NCBI GenBank assembly: GCA_965644295.1
Contig: CBFFRP010000181.1
Coordinates: 124,001 to 188,000 of the forward strand
From: Paraphysomonas bandaiensis
Taxonomy: Eukaryota; Protista; Chrysophyceae
DNA length: 64,000 nt
Direction of reading: 5' to 3'
Part shown: positions 48,268 to 61,799 of the stretch, one piece after another
How positions within the stretch are numbered: the first letter of the stretch is position 1
Layout: each line of letters opens with the position of its first letter
Position numbers and translations under genes: made by a program
The notes under the pieces: model-generated
The model's input: the letters and a program-made list of their open reading frames with translations, nothing else
What the model was told of the DNA's origin: nothing
The model's database searches: none

Positions 48268-51200
48268 TCACGACAGAGAGCACGTAGATTCATCCGTTGG
48301 TATGCTTCTTCCAGAATGCGATCGTATCCTGTCTCGTGACAATCGTGATCTCCGGGTCTACAACAGTACCCAATATTCAGTTGAATTTACAACATGATTA
48401 TAACAGAGAGGCAGTCTGGACAGCAATGTTCACAATACGCCACATATAACAGATAGCACGTCGAAAACTATACAGTAACACAGATGCACTAAATAGGAAC
48501 ATACAAAATAGACGCATATTATCGCTCATACAATCAGAAACAAGAAAGACATTGCCGATGGCCAACACACATATTTTTCAGAGGGTACCATTTTATTGGT
48601 AGCTTGAGGTCTTGTACTATTTACAGTGGTATCTCTCTTATCAAACTGCTTTTTAATTTGCGCATACTTTTGTTCGGCAACTTTTATCTAATTATAAACC
48701 ATTGTACAACGTTATACTATACTTACAACATAACATACAGCACACTACCTGTGCTATGTTGGTCATAAGGTCCTCTACATTGAGCTCCTCTTCAGGAATA
48801 TGGGCGAGAAAAGGTAAAATCTTCTCCAAAGACCAGCTAGACAACCTACAAACGAAGAAGTCAATCTTCGAATCTACGATGCCGACCCCACAATACACCT
48901 ATGACAATATTGTACGCAATACAGAGTGCTTGCACTACAAGGTGGAGTGTGCAACATACCGAGGTGCGAATAGTCGGAGCAACCCTAAGGACGCTCTCAG
49001 AATGAACACTTCCCCTTGGTACAGATAAATATCCCACATACGAGCTGCCACCTCTAGAGGTAATGCCTGTCCACACAGCGAATCAAATTACGGGGCTTGA
49101 GAGTAAAGTATTATAAATGGCACAAAACCAAACAAAATAGCTGTCTTTTCATCCCTACACTAACACACCAAAAACATGTATACCTTTGAAAATACTGTTA
49201 AGTACCAATCCAACAGAAACATTTCGCTCGAAATGCCTTCCCCAATGAAGTGCTCATGCAACAATGGTAAGTACTGCTCAAAAGTAGAAGTAATTAAATA
49301 ATTAAATGTAAATGCCCTGTGCTGTCAGTGTTTCACTACTATGCAGCTCTTACAATTTATACCTGACTGAAGAAAAAGTCGAAACAGTTCACGTAATAGT
49401 TAATAGCCGGCTTTTGAAGCTTATAAAAGTCGATATTTGTCCTGTTTTTATTGAGGAGGTTGGAGAGACAGACGAATGCGTCATATTCTTCCATATAAAG
49501 GAGAAATACGGCCACAACATAACTCATACCCTAAATATTAAAAAGTGTTAAAAATTAGCTCATTGAAATATAAAAATAGTACAGTACTATTGACTATCCA
49601 CATGTCAAAATTAGAGATGTAGCAGACATATGAATATATAGGCTGCATGCACAAACGCAGATACTTTACAGTGTATACATGATGACAATACATCTCAGAC
49701 AATGAAAAACTACTACGAAATCACAGCTAACAAACTAATACCTGCACATATCCCACATCTGGACGATAGCACGCATACGCTTTAAGAACTCTGTCGAGCG
49801 CCTGAGCCATCGGTCCACCTACGTGTGAATCATATAAGAAAATATATCATACAAGCTAGAGATAGCGTAAGGCCAATAAAGCACGTCTGTATCAAAATAA
49901 TGCACAACTAAAACTAACACTCTTCGTATATATATCGTGACATATGTAGCGCACAGACCGTCGTGAAAAAAACTTAAAGTGGGGAACGTTCGAGGCAAGT
50001 CCCACTCAATTAGTAGCATAGTGGCGTGCTGATTTTCAATTGCTTCTGAGCTAAGAGTTGATCCCCTACACGAGATTCTTAAGGACGATCTGCCCGCAGA
50101 ATCTCTGCTCTGAGAAGATAGAGGGGCCACATATGATTCCCTTTCTGTATGTTGTTCAGCATTACCATGGAAGGCTGGCTGGTCACCCTGCACAGCGCTA
50201 GTTGCGTGGCATGATTGGGTTTCTGTGCCACTATTTTCTTCAACAATGCTTTCACTTGTGACAACCTCATCAACCACGGTAGCAACCTCACTAACGTTGC
50301 TAATATAATGGTCGCCAGCAGCTGAATGAGTAGGTGATTCAACACGACATACACTATCCACATTACTGTCCGGGCTGTCTTGATTTTTTGAGTTAACCGA
50401 AGTCGAACTATTCCTGTGTTGAAAGTCCCCTCTGCTTGCTGAATTTATCATATCCGAATTATCCTCGGAATGCACACTAGTGCACAGTTGAGTGTCTACT
50501 GTCTCGTCAAGTGGGACAGATGTATCATGCATAGGATTATCATGGGGAGGATTCGGTTGGCTGTGGGCAGACTGATATAACTCTGCTTCCTCCACACATG
50601 CTAAGTACTCATCTTCAGTGATCTATAGAAAACATGTTATAATCTTCACTGTACGACACTAAGCCATACAAGTTACAAGCACCATGATACCATACCTTGA
50701 GCGAATTTCCAACTAATCGCAACCATATATCGCCCCTCATATTCGTAGGAATACCACTCTGAATCAATTTATAGACCTCCGCTGTATGCTGCAACTCCTC
50801 CCATCTGAAACGCAGCACATGTGATTTATATGACAGAAAACTGCAGCGCGGTACGTACTAAACCCCATAATGATATACACGGTATTAACATCTATAGCAG
50901 TATTTCAAATAATACTAACAATGTCATTTACCTTGGTAGAATCTTAGTCTTCCACTTCTCTAAGTTTTTCGTTATCGTTTTGTGTCTCTTCAAGCTTTCG
51001 ATTTGCCGTCTGTGTTCCTGCTTCGAGTGCGTATAGGCAGCCCTTCTCTCAGCCTGGATTCTTCGCCTACAAGAATACGTAATATAAAACAACAATCAAA
51101 TAGATAGTGGATGAGATAACACAATGCACAATGCCGTTGCTTACTGTATCACATATTTACCTATCTGCGTGGCTTTCCAGTAATGTAGACGGAAGTAGAT

Positions 51201-51953
51201 GTGACAGCACTGATGCAGGGCTCATATTTCCACTTACAGGGTTGTGGTCCGACGAAGCAGCCCGGGTTTTGTTCCCTGTTATCTGTGGGCCAACATAAAT
51301 ATAAGTAACACTTCACATCAAAGAGTACTGCAGGACTGTCATGCAAGCATCACAATCATATTAGCCCACCTCTCGAACCATATCTGTTGTAGACACTGGT
51401 ACCGGCACTGATGCAGGAACTACAAAAGGTCCAGACAGGTCGCAAAGGTCCACACTAGTCTAGAAGTACAAACATTTACTAAAAATATATAATAGTCCCA
51501 CAGGTGATAAGATAACGACCTCAAGATCACACACAAGAGCACGGATACCATTCAACTGTATTATGGACATACCTTGCTCAGTCTCACATAGGGAATATTA
51601 TCCACATCTTGATCACTTCCAGACACATAGAACTCAGTGTCTCCAGATATAATAGCATCATACTCTTGTTGAGTTATCTTTCCACTATTCAATAGTCGTT
51701 TTGCTTTATTTGGCACTGGGCTGAATGTATCCACATCACAGTGTTAGTTAGTTACACAGTTAATCAGTGTATAACAATATATACATATAAGATAATACAC
51801 ATGTATACATACACACATACATACACACATACATACATATATGTATATATCAACATACATATATATAAATATAAGTCTTCATATGTATGCATGTATGTAT
51901 GTATACCTTCTCTGTATAGTCACATTACTCTCACTAACAGTGTCTTGATTCAT
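48268..51953 (-). CDS. TBC-domain Rab GTPase-activating protein (TBC1D12/14-like), many exons
   Basis: Motifs are GIPTNMRGDIWLRLVGN, IEWDLPRTFPTLSFF (R-finger), RPDVGYVQ (Q-finger), FLLDWYLTVFSK and VWDIYLYQGEVF. Confidence 0.88.
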
Positions 51954-54099
51954 TCTAATAGATGAACTGTTAATAGATATGCACTGTTAGATTGAATGAT
52001 ACTTGTGTTAATATTCCATAATAACAAGGACAATTGTGACACTTGCTGTTTGGATGATATGGCTGACTCTATTTGGATGTGTACAGCAGCCAGTGTGCTG
52101 TGATCATCTACATACAGCAGTACATACATGTACATATGCAGTGTATGCTATATATACACTCTGTACACCAGTACGAAAATTTATTGTACGAAAGTACAGT
52201 ATTTTGAAATACGTAATTTTTTACAACTACATTTTTGATTTTCGCTCTTTGAAAACGTGATTTTTGTGAGGTTATTGTATACAAAACACAGTTATTTTAT
52301 TGCATACAGAATACTGACCTCAAAAGCACTGTACATCATCTACCAAAAGTTTGTACTTCAAACTTTAGCGAAATAGAAAATGTGGCATTTATCGAAGGGC
52401 TTTCTTTTTATTCTATTAGTTTTTTAGATATACGGGACTTTCAGTAACTGGAAAACATAGAATTTTCGATATACCCACACTTTTTTATACAAAAACAATA
52501 TACTGTCCCTATTCGTACACTTATATGTAGGTCATACTATAGTGAATATGCATACACGGGGTCAATAAAGGAGAGTATAGAGTTGTTAGTGAGATATGTG
52601 GTGAAGGTGCGCGTTAGCCCTACGAACACATCACTTTTTATTGCCCAAACAATCTGCATCCAACTTTCTAGCAATGAACAAGACCCCCTCTTATAAACAA
52701 GCAGAGAGAGCTCCTTATACCTCCTCCTCTAATCAGTCAGGGAGAAAGCTCTGTAGCAGCTCTTTGTATGGGAGGGAGTAGTAGAGAGATCATGTATTAG
52801 CTGACTCATTCGATGTTCCGAATGAAGTGTCTCCTGAAATCACTGCTACCATATTAAGAGAGTTTCCTGCGAACTCTTATACATGGAGTGGGAAGGTTTG
52901 CTCTATATCTGAGTGGAAGGCGCAGTTGGATATCTGGGAACATAAGTATCCAGTCATAATATCGACGGACTCGAAAGGAAGAAAGACAGCATCTGATAGG
53001 TCGAAGGCGACTACTTCTTCTGAAATCGTCGAGTAGTGCTGGAATCTTTTTTCTCAAACTAATAAACACTTCCTTTCTAAATTGAGAGCTGTATGGCAAT
53101 ATTTTTCTCGTAGTGCAGGTGATATGAAGATATATGTAATTTTTATGTGGATCATATATTTCCACGGTCAAGTGGGGGTAAATCCAGCAATGATAATTTA
53201 ATTTGCGATGCGATGCTAACAGAAGAGCGCACTTAAACACTTTGCTATGCATTGTGGCTTATCCCTCTCCAAGTTAAATCACCGGTGAAGTACGTAGAAA
53301 CGAAAATTTAAAGGAGGCGGACTACTCAGAGGCAATGGCAATTGATTGTGTTCATATTAGTGAGCACGCCCAACACAATGGTCAAGCTATTTCTAGCTTC
53401 CAGAATGCAGTACATGGCAACACAGACGGGCAGTTCTGTGTTTTTCTTTTGAATTGAATTCCTACGGCTATGCTTGCCTATTTATATGTCATAATAATGA
53501 AAAAAACATATATTTATTTCATAATAAAACTCTTATATTTACCTGTAGTGCATTGCTGCGACCATTCTGTTGCGTTAATTACTCATCGTCTTGGAAATAT
53601 TGATTTGTGAGAGAGTATAGAGTAAATGTGAGTAATCGTGCTCCTCTGAGTTAGTTAATAGTTACATATATATCCTGTATATACTTGTACAATAGGAATT
53701 CTGATTATAGTTTACAGAAATCAAGTGGTTAGTTAGTCAAGGTACTATGGTGAATGGTGACTTATAAGACAGAGCATTCCTGGGCATTAAGGTAGTGGTG
53801 GTTGGTCTGTGTTGTGCTTTGGACTTTGGGGAATACTGCCTTGAATATACTCTCACAAATTCCTTACAACCTGGAGTCGTGTTTTAAACCACTCTATATA
53901 CTATATACTAAATACTATATACCAACTACCTAGTCAGACAACAGAAAATATTGGACCTCAGCTCATATTGGCTAAAAACTATGAAAAATAAATATTTTAA
54001 AGTAGATTACTAATAGAGCGTAGCACATGCTACAACTCAAGAAAAGATAACTACTCAATATTTCTGCATAAACCAACAACAAAATCCCAATGGAGGCCT

Positions 54100-56235
54100 T
54101 TACACTCCAACAGCATCATCTTCATGCTCAGTAGAACCAGGGGGCACTTCCTCTCCAACATTTACTGCAACATCATCTACCTCTACCGATTCAGTTCCCT
54201 TTACTTCCTCAGGGGCGGCGTCCACTTCTGCCTCATTTCCTTCATCAGTAGCAGCCTCCAATTCTGCGTCCTTTCCTTCATCAGAAGCAGCCTCCAATTC
54301 TGCCTCCTTTACTTCCTCAGGGGCGGCGTCCACTTCTGCCTCCTTTACCTCCTCAGAAGAAGCCTCTACTTCTTCCCCCTTAACTTCATCAGAAGCAACC
54401 TCCAATTCTGCCTCCTTAACTTCATCAGAAGCAACCTCCACTTCAGCCTCCTTAACTTCTTCAGAAGTAGCCTCTACTTCAGCGTCCTTAACTTCTTCAG
54501 AAGCAGCCTCTACTTCTGCTTCCTTTACTTCTTCAGGAGCAGCGTCCACTTCTGCATCCTTGATATCCTCAGGAGCCGATTCCACTTCTGGTTTCATGAC
54601 TTCCTCAGTAGCGGCCTCCACTTCAGCCTCCTCCACATCTACCGCCTTGACTTCCTCATGGGCGGTCTCCACTTCTGTCTCCTTTACTACCTCAGAAGCG
54701 GCCTCTTCTTCTGCCTCCTTGACATCCGCAGGGGCGGCTTCCACTTCTGGTTCCTTGACTTCTTCAGGAGCCTCCTCCACATCTGCCTCCTTGACTTCCT
54801 CAGGAGACTCCTCCACTTCTGGTTCCTTGGTGTCCCCAGGAGCGACCTCAGGCTCATTGTTTGATTCCGACACATGACTATCAGATTTCGTTACGTATCC
54901 TCCGGCAGAAAAACACTTTGATGACTGCTTGCTGAACTTCTCTGATCCCAGAAGTCTACCCTCTTCTCTAAACTTCTTGTCGTAATGAGTACGGCAATAA
55001 AGGGTCGATCCGTCCTTACGGTAATTGGAAACAGTTATCTGACATCTACATTCCGTGCACTTGGCACAACTGTTGTGGTATACCAAACTATCCAGCTGCA
55101 CCTGAGGGTCATTAGGGTAGACTGCCGTTTCGCATACTGCACATTTCAGGGCATTGCTTGACGAAGCACTCCCAGTTCCTTTAGGACCCGAAAACTTCTC
55201 GGATCCCAGAAGCTTACCCTCTTCTCTGATCTTTTTATCATAATGAGTACGGCAATAAAGGGTCGATCCGTCCTTACGGTAATTGGAAACAGTTATCTGA
55301 CATCTACATTCCGTGCACTTGGCACAACTGTTGTGGTATACCAAACTATCCAGTTGCACCTGAGGGTCATTAGGGTAGACTGCCGTTTCGCATACTGCAC
55401 ATTTCAGGGCATTGCTTGACGAAGCACTCCCAGTTCCTTTAGGACCCGAAAACTTCTCGGATCCCAGAAGTTTACCCTCTTCTCTGATCTTCTTGTCGTA
55501 ATGAGTACGGCAATAAAGGGTCGATCCGTCCTTACGGTAGTTATAAACATTGATCTGACACTTGCATTCACTGCACTTGGCACAACTGTTGTGATAAGAC
55601 AATCCGTCAATTTGGAACTGAGGGTCATTAGGATAGACTGCCGTTTCGCATACTGCACATTTCAGGGCATTGCTTGACGAAGCACTCCCAGTTCCTTTAG
55701 GACCCGAAAACTTCTCGGATCCCAGAAGTTTACCCTCTTCTCTGATCTTCTTGTCGTAATGAGTACGGCAATAAAGGGTCGATCCGTCCTTACGGTAATT
55801 GGAAACATTGATCTGACACTTGCATTCACTGCACTTGGCACAACTGTTGTGATAAGACAATCCGTCAATTTGGAATTGAGGGTCATTAGGATAGACTGCT
55901 GTATCACATTGAGCGCATTTAATCGTGTTACCGAACTTAGTGCTGCCTCCAGTTGATCCTTTAGGTCCAGCAAACTTCTCTGATCCGAGTAATTTGCCTT
56001 CTTCACGAAATTTTTTATCATAATGAGTACGACAATATAAAGTCGTGCCATCTTTACGCCAATTTGATACATTAATTTGACATTTGCATTCAGAACATTT
56101 TGCACAAGCAGAATGATATACAAGTGCATCAATTTGTACTTGTGAATCATTTGCATATACGGATGTATTGCATTGTGCACATTTTACTGCATTACTGCCA
56201 AAATTAAATTTCTTCTTTGGGGCTGCTTCTGTCAT
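54100..56235 (-). CDS. Five-LIM-domain protein with acidic 14-aa repeat tail (probable actin/cytoskeletal protein)
   Basis: Five copies of C-x2-C-x17-H-x2-C-x2-C-x2-C-x17-C-x2-H occur at a period of about 86 aa. The tail is (E/D)EVKEAEVEAA(S/P) repeats. Confidence 0.92.
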   Translation of the reverse strand: MTEAAPKKKFNFGSNAVKCAQCNTSVYANDSQVQIDALVYHSACAKCSECKCQINVSNWRKDGTTLYCRTHYDKKFREEGKLLGSEKFAGPKGSTGGSTKFGNTIKCAQCDTAVYPNDPQFQIDGLSYHNSCAKCSECKCQINVSNYRKDGSTLYCRTHYDKKIREEGKLLGSEKFSGPKGTGSASSSNALKCAVCETAVYPNDPQFQIDGLSYHNSCAKCSECKCQINVYNYRKDGSTLYCRTHYDKKIREEGKLLGSEKFSGPKGTGSASSSNALKCAVCETAVYPNDPQVQLDSLVYHNSCAKCTECRCQITVSNYRKDGSTLYCRTHYDKKIREEGKLLGSEKFSGPKGTGSASSSNALKCAVCETAVYPNDPQVQLDSLVYHNSCAKCTECRCQITVSNYRKDGSTLYCRTHYDKKFREEGRLLGSEKFSKQSSKCFSAGGYVTKSDSHVSESNNEPEVAPGDTKEPEVEESPEEVKEADVEEAPEEVKEPEVEAAPADVKEAEEEAASEVVKETEVETAHEEVKAVDVEEAEVEAATEEVMKPEVESAPEDIKDAEVDAAPEEVKEAEVEAASEEVKDAEVEATSEEVKEAEVEVASDEVKEAELEVASDEVKGEEVEASSEEVKEAEVDAAPEEVKEAELEAASDEGKDAELEAATDEGNEAEVDAAPEEVKGTESVEVDDVAVNVGEEVPPGSTEHEDDAVGV

Positions 56236-56667
56236 AAGAGAAAATACTTTAATTTACACTTTAATTAATATGTAAAATACTTTATTTGGTGAATAGTTTA
56301 AGGAGAAGAATGTGTTTGCATGTATGGTAATGCACCACACATCTCTACAGTAGTTTCTATATATAACAACCACAGTAGTCAACAATCTATATACTGTATC
56401 ACATCATATACACGTGATAGAGGTACATCCTGCGGTATGTATAGTGTACTGGTACAGGTGTGTACCGGATCTTCTGGCTGAAAACATGTGTGATTTTAAT
56501 GGTCCCTCCTAGCACCTTGACTTCCTACTACAGCCGTATTCCACGTAGTATAATATTATAATGACATACATATGTATAAATGCATTATACAGTGCCAGGA
56601 ATACATTAACGGATATTGGTCTTAAGATATATGATATGCTGATGCAGATATCATGCTATCCTACTCA

Positions 56668-56737
56668 TTGGTAGAGATTGATATCGCTGCTGGTTGGTAG
56701 AGATTGATATCGCTGCTGGTTGGTAGATATAGATATC
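56668..56737. repeat. 27-bp tandem repeat, about 2.5 copies
   Basis: ttggtagagattgatatcgctgctgg is repeated. Confidence 0.85.
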
Positions 56738-57911
56738 TCTGTGACCCTTGTATTTAAACCGCATGAGTAGCAGCATGGCTTTGTGGTGAAGATAACTGCG
56801 TAGAAGATGTGAAAGGGTAGATGGATCAGAGTACAAGGACATTCGTTACTGTTAGATGCTTCTATTTTACAACGCACTACACTCTGTGCATTGTTGACGA
56901 CGGCGAAATATGATAATGCGTATAATAGTATATCTTCTAAAAGCAGAAGTTATATAGTATATAACAAGTGTAAATGGAATTAGCCTCGCCTTCACATATA
57001 ATGCTTATCGGCAATTCTGTGTGTTATCCTAAATTAATGATAGCATATATTGATGCCTTAGATTGTATTTACTAACAAATTCCAAACCATTTATATATTA
57101 GGGTTGTATGGTGAAGATTACAAAATTCAAGGGAGAATTGGGAATGCATTTATGAGAGTAGGTTCTAACAATAATAAATTCACGGCACTTATACATCTAT
57201 TGTACCCAGATTTCTGTGCTCTGATTATATTTCTGTGCACACAATTACTTGTAAACATCACTTTCCATGTGAACTGTGAACAGAGTTCAATACATTTCTA
57301 GATAGTTGGATATATGACGTAAGCCGATAACTTGTATCCAAAGAACGAAGAACAATAGTTTGTGTGGTAAGAACTAAATACTTTGATCGAGGCATAGACA
57401 AAAGTACTGATTACACTACTTATGTTGACGATATTAATATTTTTCTATCTTTTAAACTGAAATCATGCAGAGGCAGTGGCCTTACAACTATATTTGTTTA
57501 ACTACTTCAGATAGGATATATTATCTATTTCTGATAGGCATTTTTATCGAAATGGTTGTCAGATAGGAAGTGAAATCAATATTCTATTGGAGTATATGGT
57601 GCAAGGAATATATATACTACATTTACAGGAACTAAAGGAAGTATTATGTGTGTAGTGTTTATGTACAACGCTGAATTTTTCAACAATTATACCTTGATAG
57701 TGGATATTATAATATTAGAATAAATAATTAAATCATGTAAAGTAAAAAGTCTGTTCTACCAGGTAACATATATTATTCATACGTTGCATTCAACCTTCAT
57801 TCATATATTGGTATATCGTATATATAACTTGTTTATGGACAACGTGGAATATCATATCGTTACATACTTTGTTAGAGTGAGATCCACAAAAGGGTCTCTG
57901 AACATTGCAAT

Positions 57912-58190
57912 TCACTTATAGCCCTTCGACGAAGCTCTATATGCATGTTTGCTGTCAGAAACTTGTCTTGTGACGATCACTTTAGCTTCTGCGGGATCAT
58001 CTGGACACTCGGAAATATCAAACTCGTCATCAAACACCGACTCTAGCTCTTTGATTCGATTCCCGAAAGCTTCACCAATTGCAGGATCCCCTTTAGCTTC
58101 AGGTTTACGATCCGCAGTCTTTATATACTCTCGTTTGAGTGTAGTGGATGAGATAGGAGCGCTATAAGAGCGATGAGGCTTGTGATCCAT
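57912..58190 (-). CDS. Small hypothetical protein (92 aa)
   Basis: The ORF MDHKPHRSYSAPISS...SKGYK has coding-like composition in an AT-rich background. No domain was recognised. Confidence 0.55.
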   Translation of the reverse strand: MDHKPHRSYSAPISSTTLKREYIKTADRKPEAKGDPAIGEAFGNRIKELESVFDDEFDISECPDDPAEAKVIVTRQVSDSKHAYRASSKGYK

Positions 58191-58974
58191 TCTTGAACTG
58201 AATAGAATGAAATTATAATCCAATGAAATCAAATGAATTCAATATCAAAATATCAATGAAAGAATATCAAGAGTAATTGTGAGTATGAAAGTACTGAGAA
58301 ATCAAATTACTGATCTGATCATTGCATAACTAAGTTATGCCGCTATATAGGAGGTAATATATATATATATATAGAAGCCTATAAGTACTAACACATCACT
58401 TGATTTTGCTCCAACATATGTTACAAGAACTTTATACCGTATTCTATAGTTCTTAATGAACTAGCTAGGAGAATGTACGTTGTAGTGCAAGGAATTCCTA
58501 TAGGCTACAGGTATGGTGGTCTGTCCTATGTAATGAAGTAAATAGGACTGAATTTATATTTATGACTATTGAAGATACGATTGAAGAATAGCATTATTGT
58601 GGATTGCATGATATGGTGTCTGGTGTCGAATCTGTTTCATTTAGATTTATTTGATTGGATATATCTGTTCTCTGCCTTCGAGATCTTTATATACATTGGA
58701 CTACACTCCAAACTACAAAAATAGAAGGTATACTACAGCAGTAGTATACTATATACGCCATATCCATTTCCACATACTCTGTACATAGAGCAGTGTACAT
58801 ATCTATGTATATATGTATGTAGGTACAAACACACTGTGTATGATGTAAGTATCCTACTATGAGAATCGTGTATATATATATGCATAGAGAGCCTCATAAT
58901 TTACATATCCACAATACAAGGAACACAACCCCCCCCTTCACTTATATACACCTATCTACAGTATCTCCCTTACC

Positions 58975-61069
58975 ATGTCAACCATATCCACACCCCGTAC
59001 CCTTCATTGGGTATTAAAAATTGGCAATTTAAAGAAATCTCTTCATTTCTATGAGTGTGTATTAGGCATGAGAGTATTACGACATGAAGAGTTCTCTGAA
59101 GGTAACTTATTCCTTACTATCCATCTATATACGAAGAGATAAGAGATTTTATATTATTAGGATGTGAAGCCACATGTAATGGTCCATATGGGGGGGCCTG
59201 GTCCAAGACTATGGTGGGATACGGACCTGAAGTATCTAATTTTGTATTGGAACTAACATACAATTACGGTAATATATACTTGTTTAGATATATGTATATA
59301 TGAGTTCATTCAATGCTTGTTCTATAGAATGATATACATGTAACATGTATTCCTTTGGTTTGTTAATTGTCGTTAGAAAGTGTTCGTAGTAGTATGGTAA
59401 CTTGCTCCTTCATTATCAGGCATTGACTCGTACGAGCAAGGAAATGATCTTCAGTATATTGCTTTGCATTGTTTTCCTGCTTTGGAGAGAGCTAGAGCAT
59501 TGGGCTACCAAGTGGTGGATAACCACACTATTATAGGCCCTGACAACTACAAATACCGCATTTTACCGTACATTCCTCATCGCGCTGAGCAGTTTGTTTG
59601 TGTGGCATTAAGGGTGTCTAACATGGCTAATTCGCTCAAGTATTGGGTTGAATTACATGGCATGAAAAAAATTCAAGATATGGAGAATATAGACGGATTG
59701 CAAGCTGCTAAATCTGAAATGATTGGGTTCAGTGAGGAAGATTGTTTACTGCAACTGATCGAGGTATAACATGGCATTTTCTAGAGTTTTTTATACGGAG
59801 TCCAATATTTTATAACTTCACATATGTGCAAGACTGACTGCTGTGTTTTGTAAGGTGGGAGATGGAGAGGCAGTGGATCACGCTCTCTCCGGAGGTCGCG
59901 TGGCTTTCGCTTGTAAGTCAGTACCGGAAATATTCAACAAGGTATCAGTGTGTACGATACTTTATAAGAATCGCGTAAATATTTTTCACTGTAGGTTTCT
60001 TCCGAAGGATATGTAATTCAAACCCCCCCGCTCACACTTCCGACCCCGGGGAAAGCTGACGTAGTTGTGACCATATTGCAAGACCCTGATGGGTAAGGAA
60101 CAATTTATGAAGTTTGCGTATTGTTATGCTAGCTATATTACCTTGCACTATTCTATATACTTGCTGAAGAAAAAGCTTAATATACCACTTCTGGTTTTTT
60201 ATTTGTCCGTTTTTGTAGATACGAAATTTGTTTTGTCGAGGATGACGCGTTTTATGACTTAGCGACCCCAAAGTACGACGTAATCGATTGGGAAGAACGA
60301 GGTTCTAGAGGTGGAGATGGAGTCCCGCTGAAGAAGGGTCGAGATAACACGACGCCCACAGCAGGTGTCATTTACAAAATGACATATATTATGTGCTACC
60401 GTCTAATGTTGTACATACTTGGAATACATTTTTGAAATTTGTGTGCGTCCACATTCCGTGTTTTTTAATCCGGTTCCGATTTTTATAGGGGAGACAGCTT
60501 TGCTTCAGATCATCACTTCTGAAGAAGACCTTAAGCAGGCGATAGCACGGGCTGATGCGGGTATATATACATATAGAAATGCATGCATTTGTAATACTAT
60601 TTTGCAGCATCTAAAACTATGGTCATTGACTTTGGTGCCTCCTGGTGCAAGAATTGTAAGAAAGTAAGTAATTTATTGCGCCATACTATTGCCTTTGTGT
60701 AATAGCAGTATAGATCTCTAGCCAAGTGAAAAATCTGGCGGATGTCTACAAGAATAGTGTTGTGGTTACTGATGTTGACATCGACGACTGTGAGGATATT
60801 GCCGATGAATATGGAGTCACTTCTATTCCGAGGTATTTGTGCTTTCTGCTATGGTTGATTACTATGCGTGTACTGCTATTCTACGTAGTTGAATAGATAT
60901 TAAATTTGTATTGAGTGTACTGTTGTACATGCTTCTATAATTCTGTGTCTCGAATCTCTAACGTTTTGATCGTGTCAGATTCATTGCCCTCAAGAATGGC
61001 CAGAAAGTGGATGACTACTTGGGATCCGGTGCTGAACAGTTGGCTGCATTTTTTGCTAAGCTGGCATAG
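58975..61069 (+). CDS. GLOD4: Glyoxalase domain-containing protein 4 fused to a C-terminal thioredoxin domain (multi-exon)
   Basis: [10 protein letters not shown]...[49 protein letters not shown] and [27 protein letters not shown] identify GLOD4. It splices in frame to [12 protein letters not shown]...DVDID....[13 protein letters not shown]...KNGQKVD (thioredoxin). Confidence 0.9.
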
Positions 61070-61386
61070 ATTCGCCTTCTGCCGAAATGCGCATATCTAG
61101 TCTATTTTGTAGTACGTGACTATTTAGTGGGATGTTGAGCTGGCAAGAAATGAAGCAGTATGTGGCCATTTTTGTTTTTCGTTATTGCATACAGTACTGC
61201 GTACATAATGTTCGTAATAATATGGACATCTTGCTAGCACGTTTCGCATTGGTAGCTTTACGTACTCGTTTTGAGGTATGATCGACAATTATTAGAGAAC
61301 GTGTTTGTGAACCCATCTATACAATAGTTGTGAGTATCATTGAGAGATATCGAAAAATTACAGTAGCCATATAATCTCATAGCTTT

Positions 61387-61711
61387 GGGATCTATTTTAG
61401 TGGAATTTCCTAGTCACACCAAAATTGGTGTAATAACCTAGTCAAAAGGTAGAAAAATCTAGTCACTAAATAATTAGATTTTACTCATTACAATGACTAG
61501 GTTGACTAGGTGGAAGTGGGTATTGGTTCTACTTCACCTGCTATGACCTCATGCTTCTGTAATGCGTAGTTATAGGCGAGTACAATTCATGACTAGGTTT
61601 AATACTATAATTGGCTAGGTTGAGTCATTTATTGCTTTGACTAGGATTTTACACCGAAAATAGTATGACTAGGAAATTCAACAAAATTGACCAGGTTGAA
61701 CAATATATCTC
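61387..61711. mobile_element. 325-bp Mutator-type MITE
   Basis: A 9-bp TSD CATAGCTTT is at 61378-61386 and 61712-61720. The about 80-bp imperfect TIRs begin G(G/A)GAT(C/A)TAT and contain GACTAGG motifs. Confidence 0.9.
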
Positions 61712-61799
61712 CATAGCTTTAATCATGTGACCTTTTTAAGGAATTTTACGTACGGTCAAGAAGGAAATATGGCTAGCCAGTATGCAGCTCCACAGACTT

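Noticed and set aside
54124-54877. Plus-strand ORFs of 246 and 105 aa
   Set aside because: They are antisense shadows of the repetitive acidic tail of the LIM gene.
60600-60665. Selenocysteine or recoded stop in the thioredoxin active site
   Set aside because: Both Cys codons are TGC/TGT, and no in-frame TGA is needed in any gene model here, so the standard code suffices.
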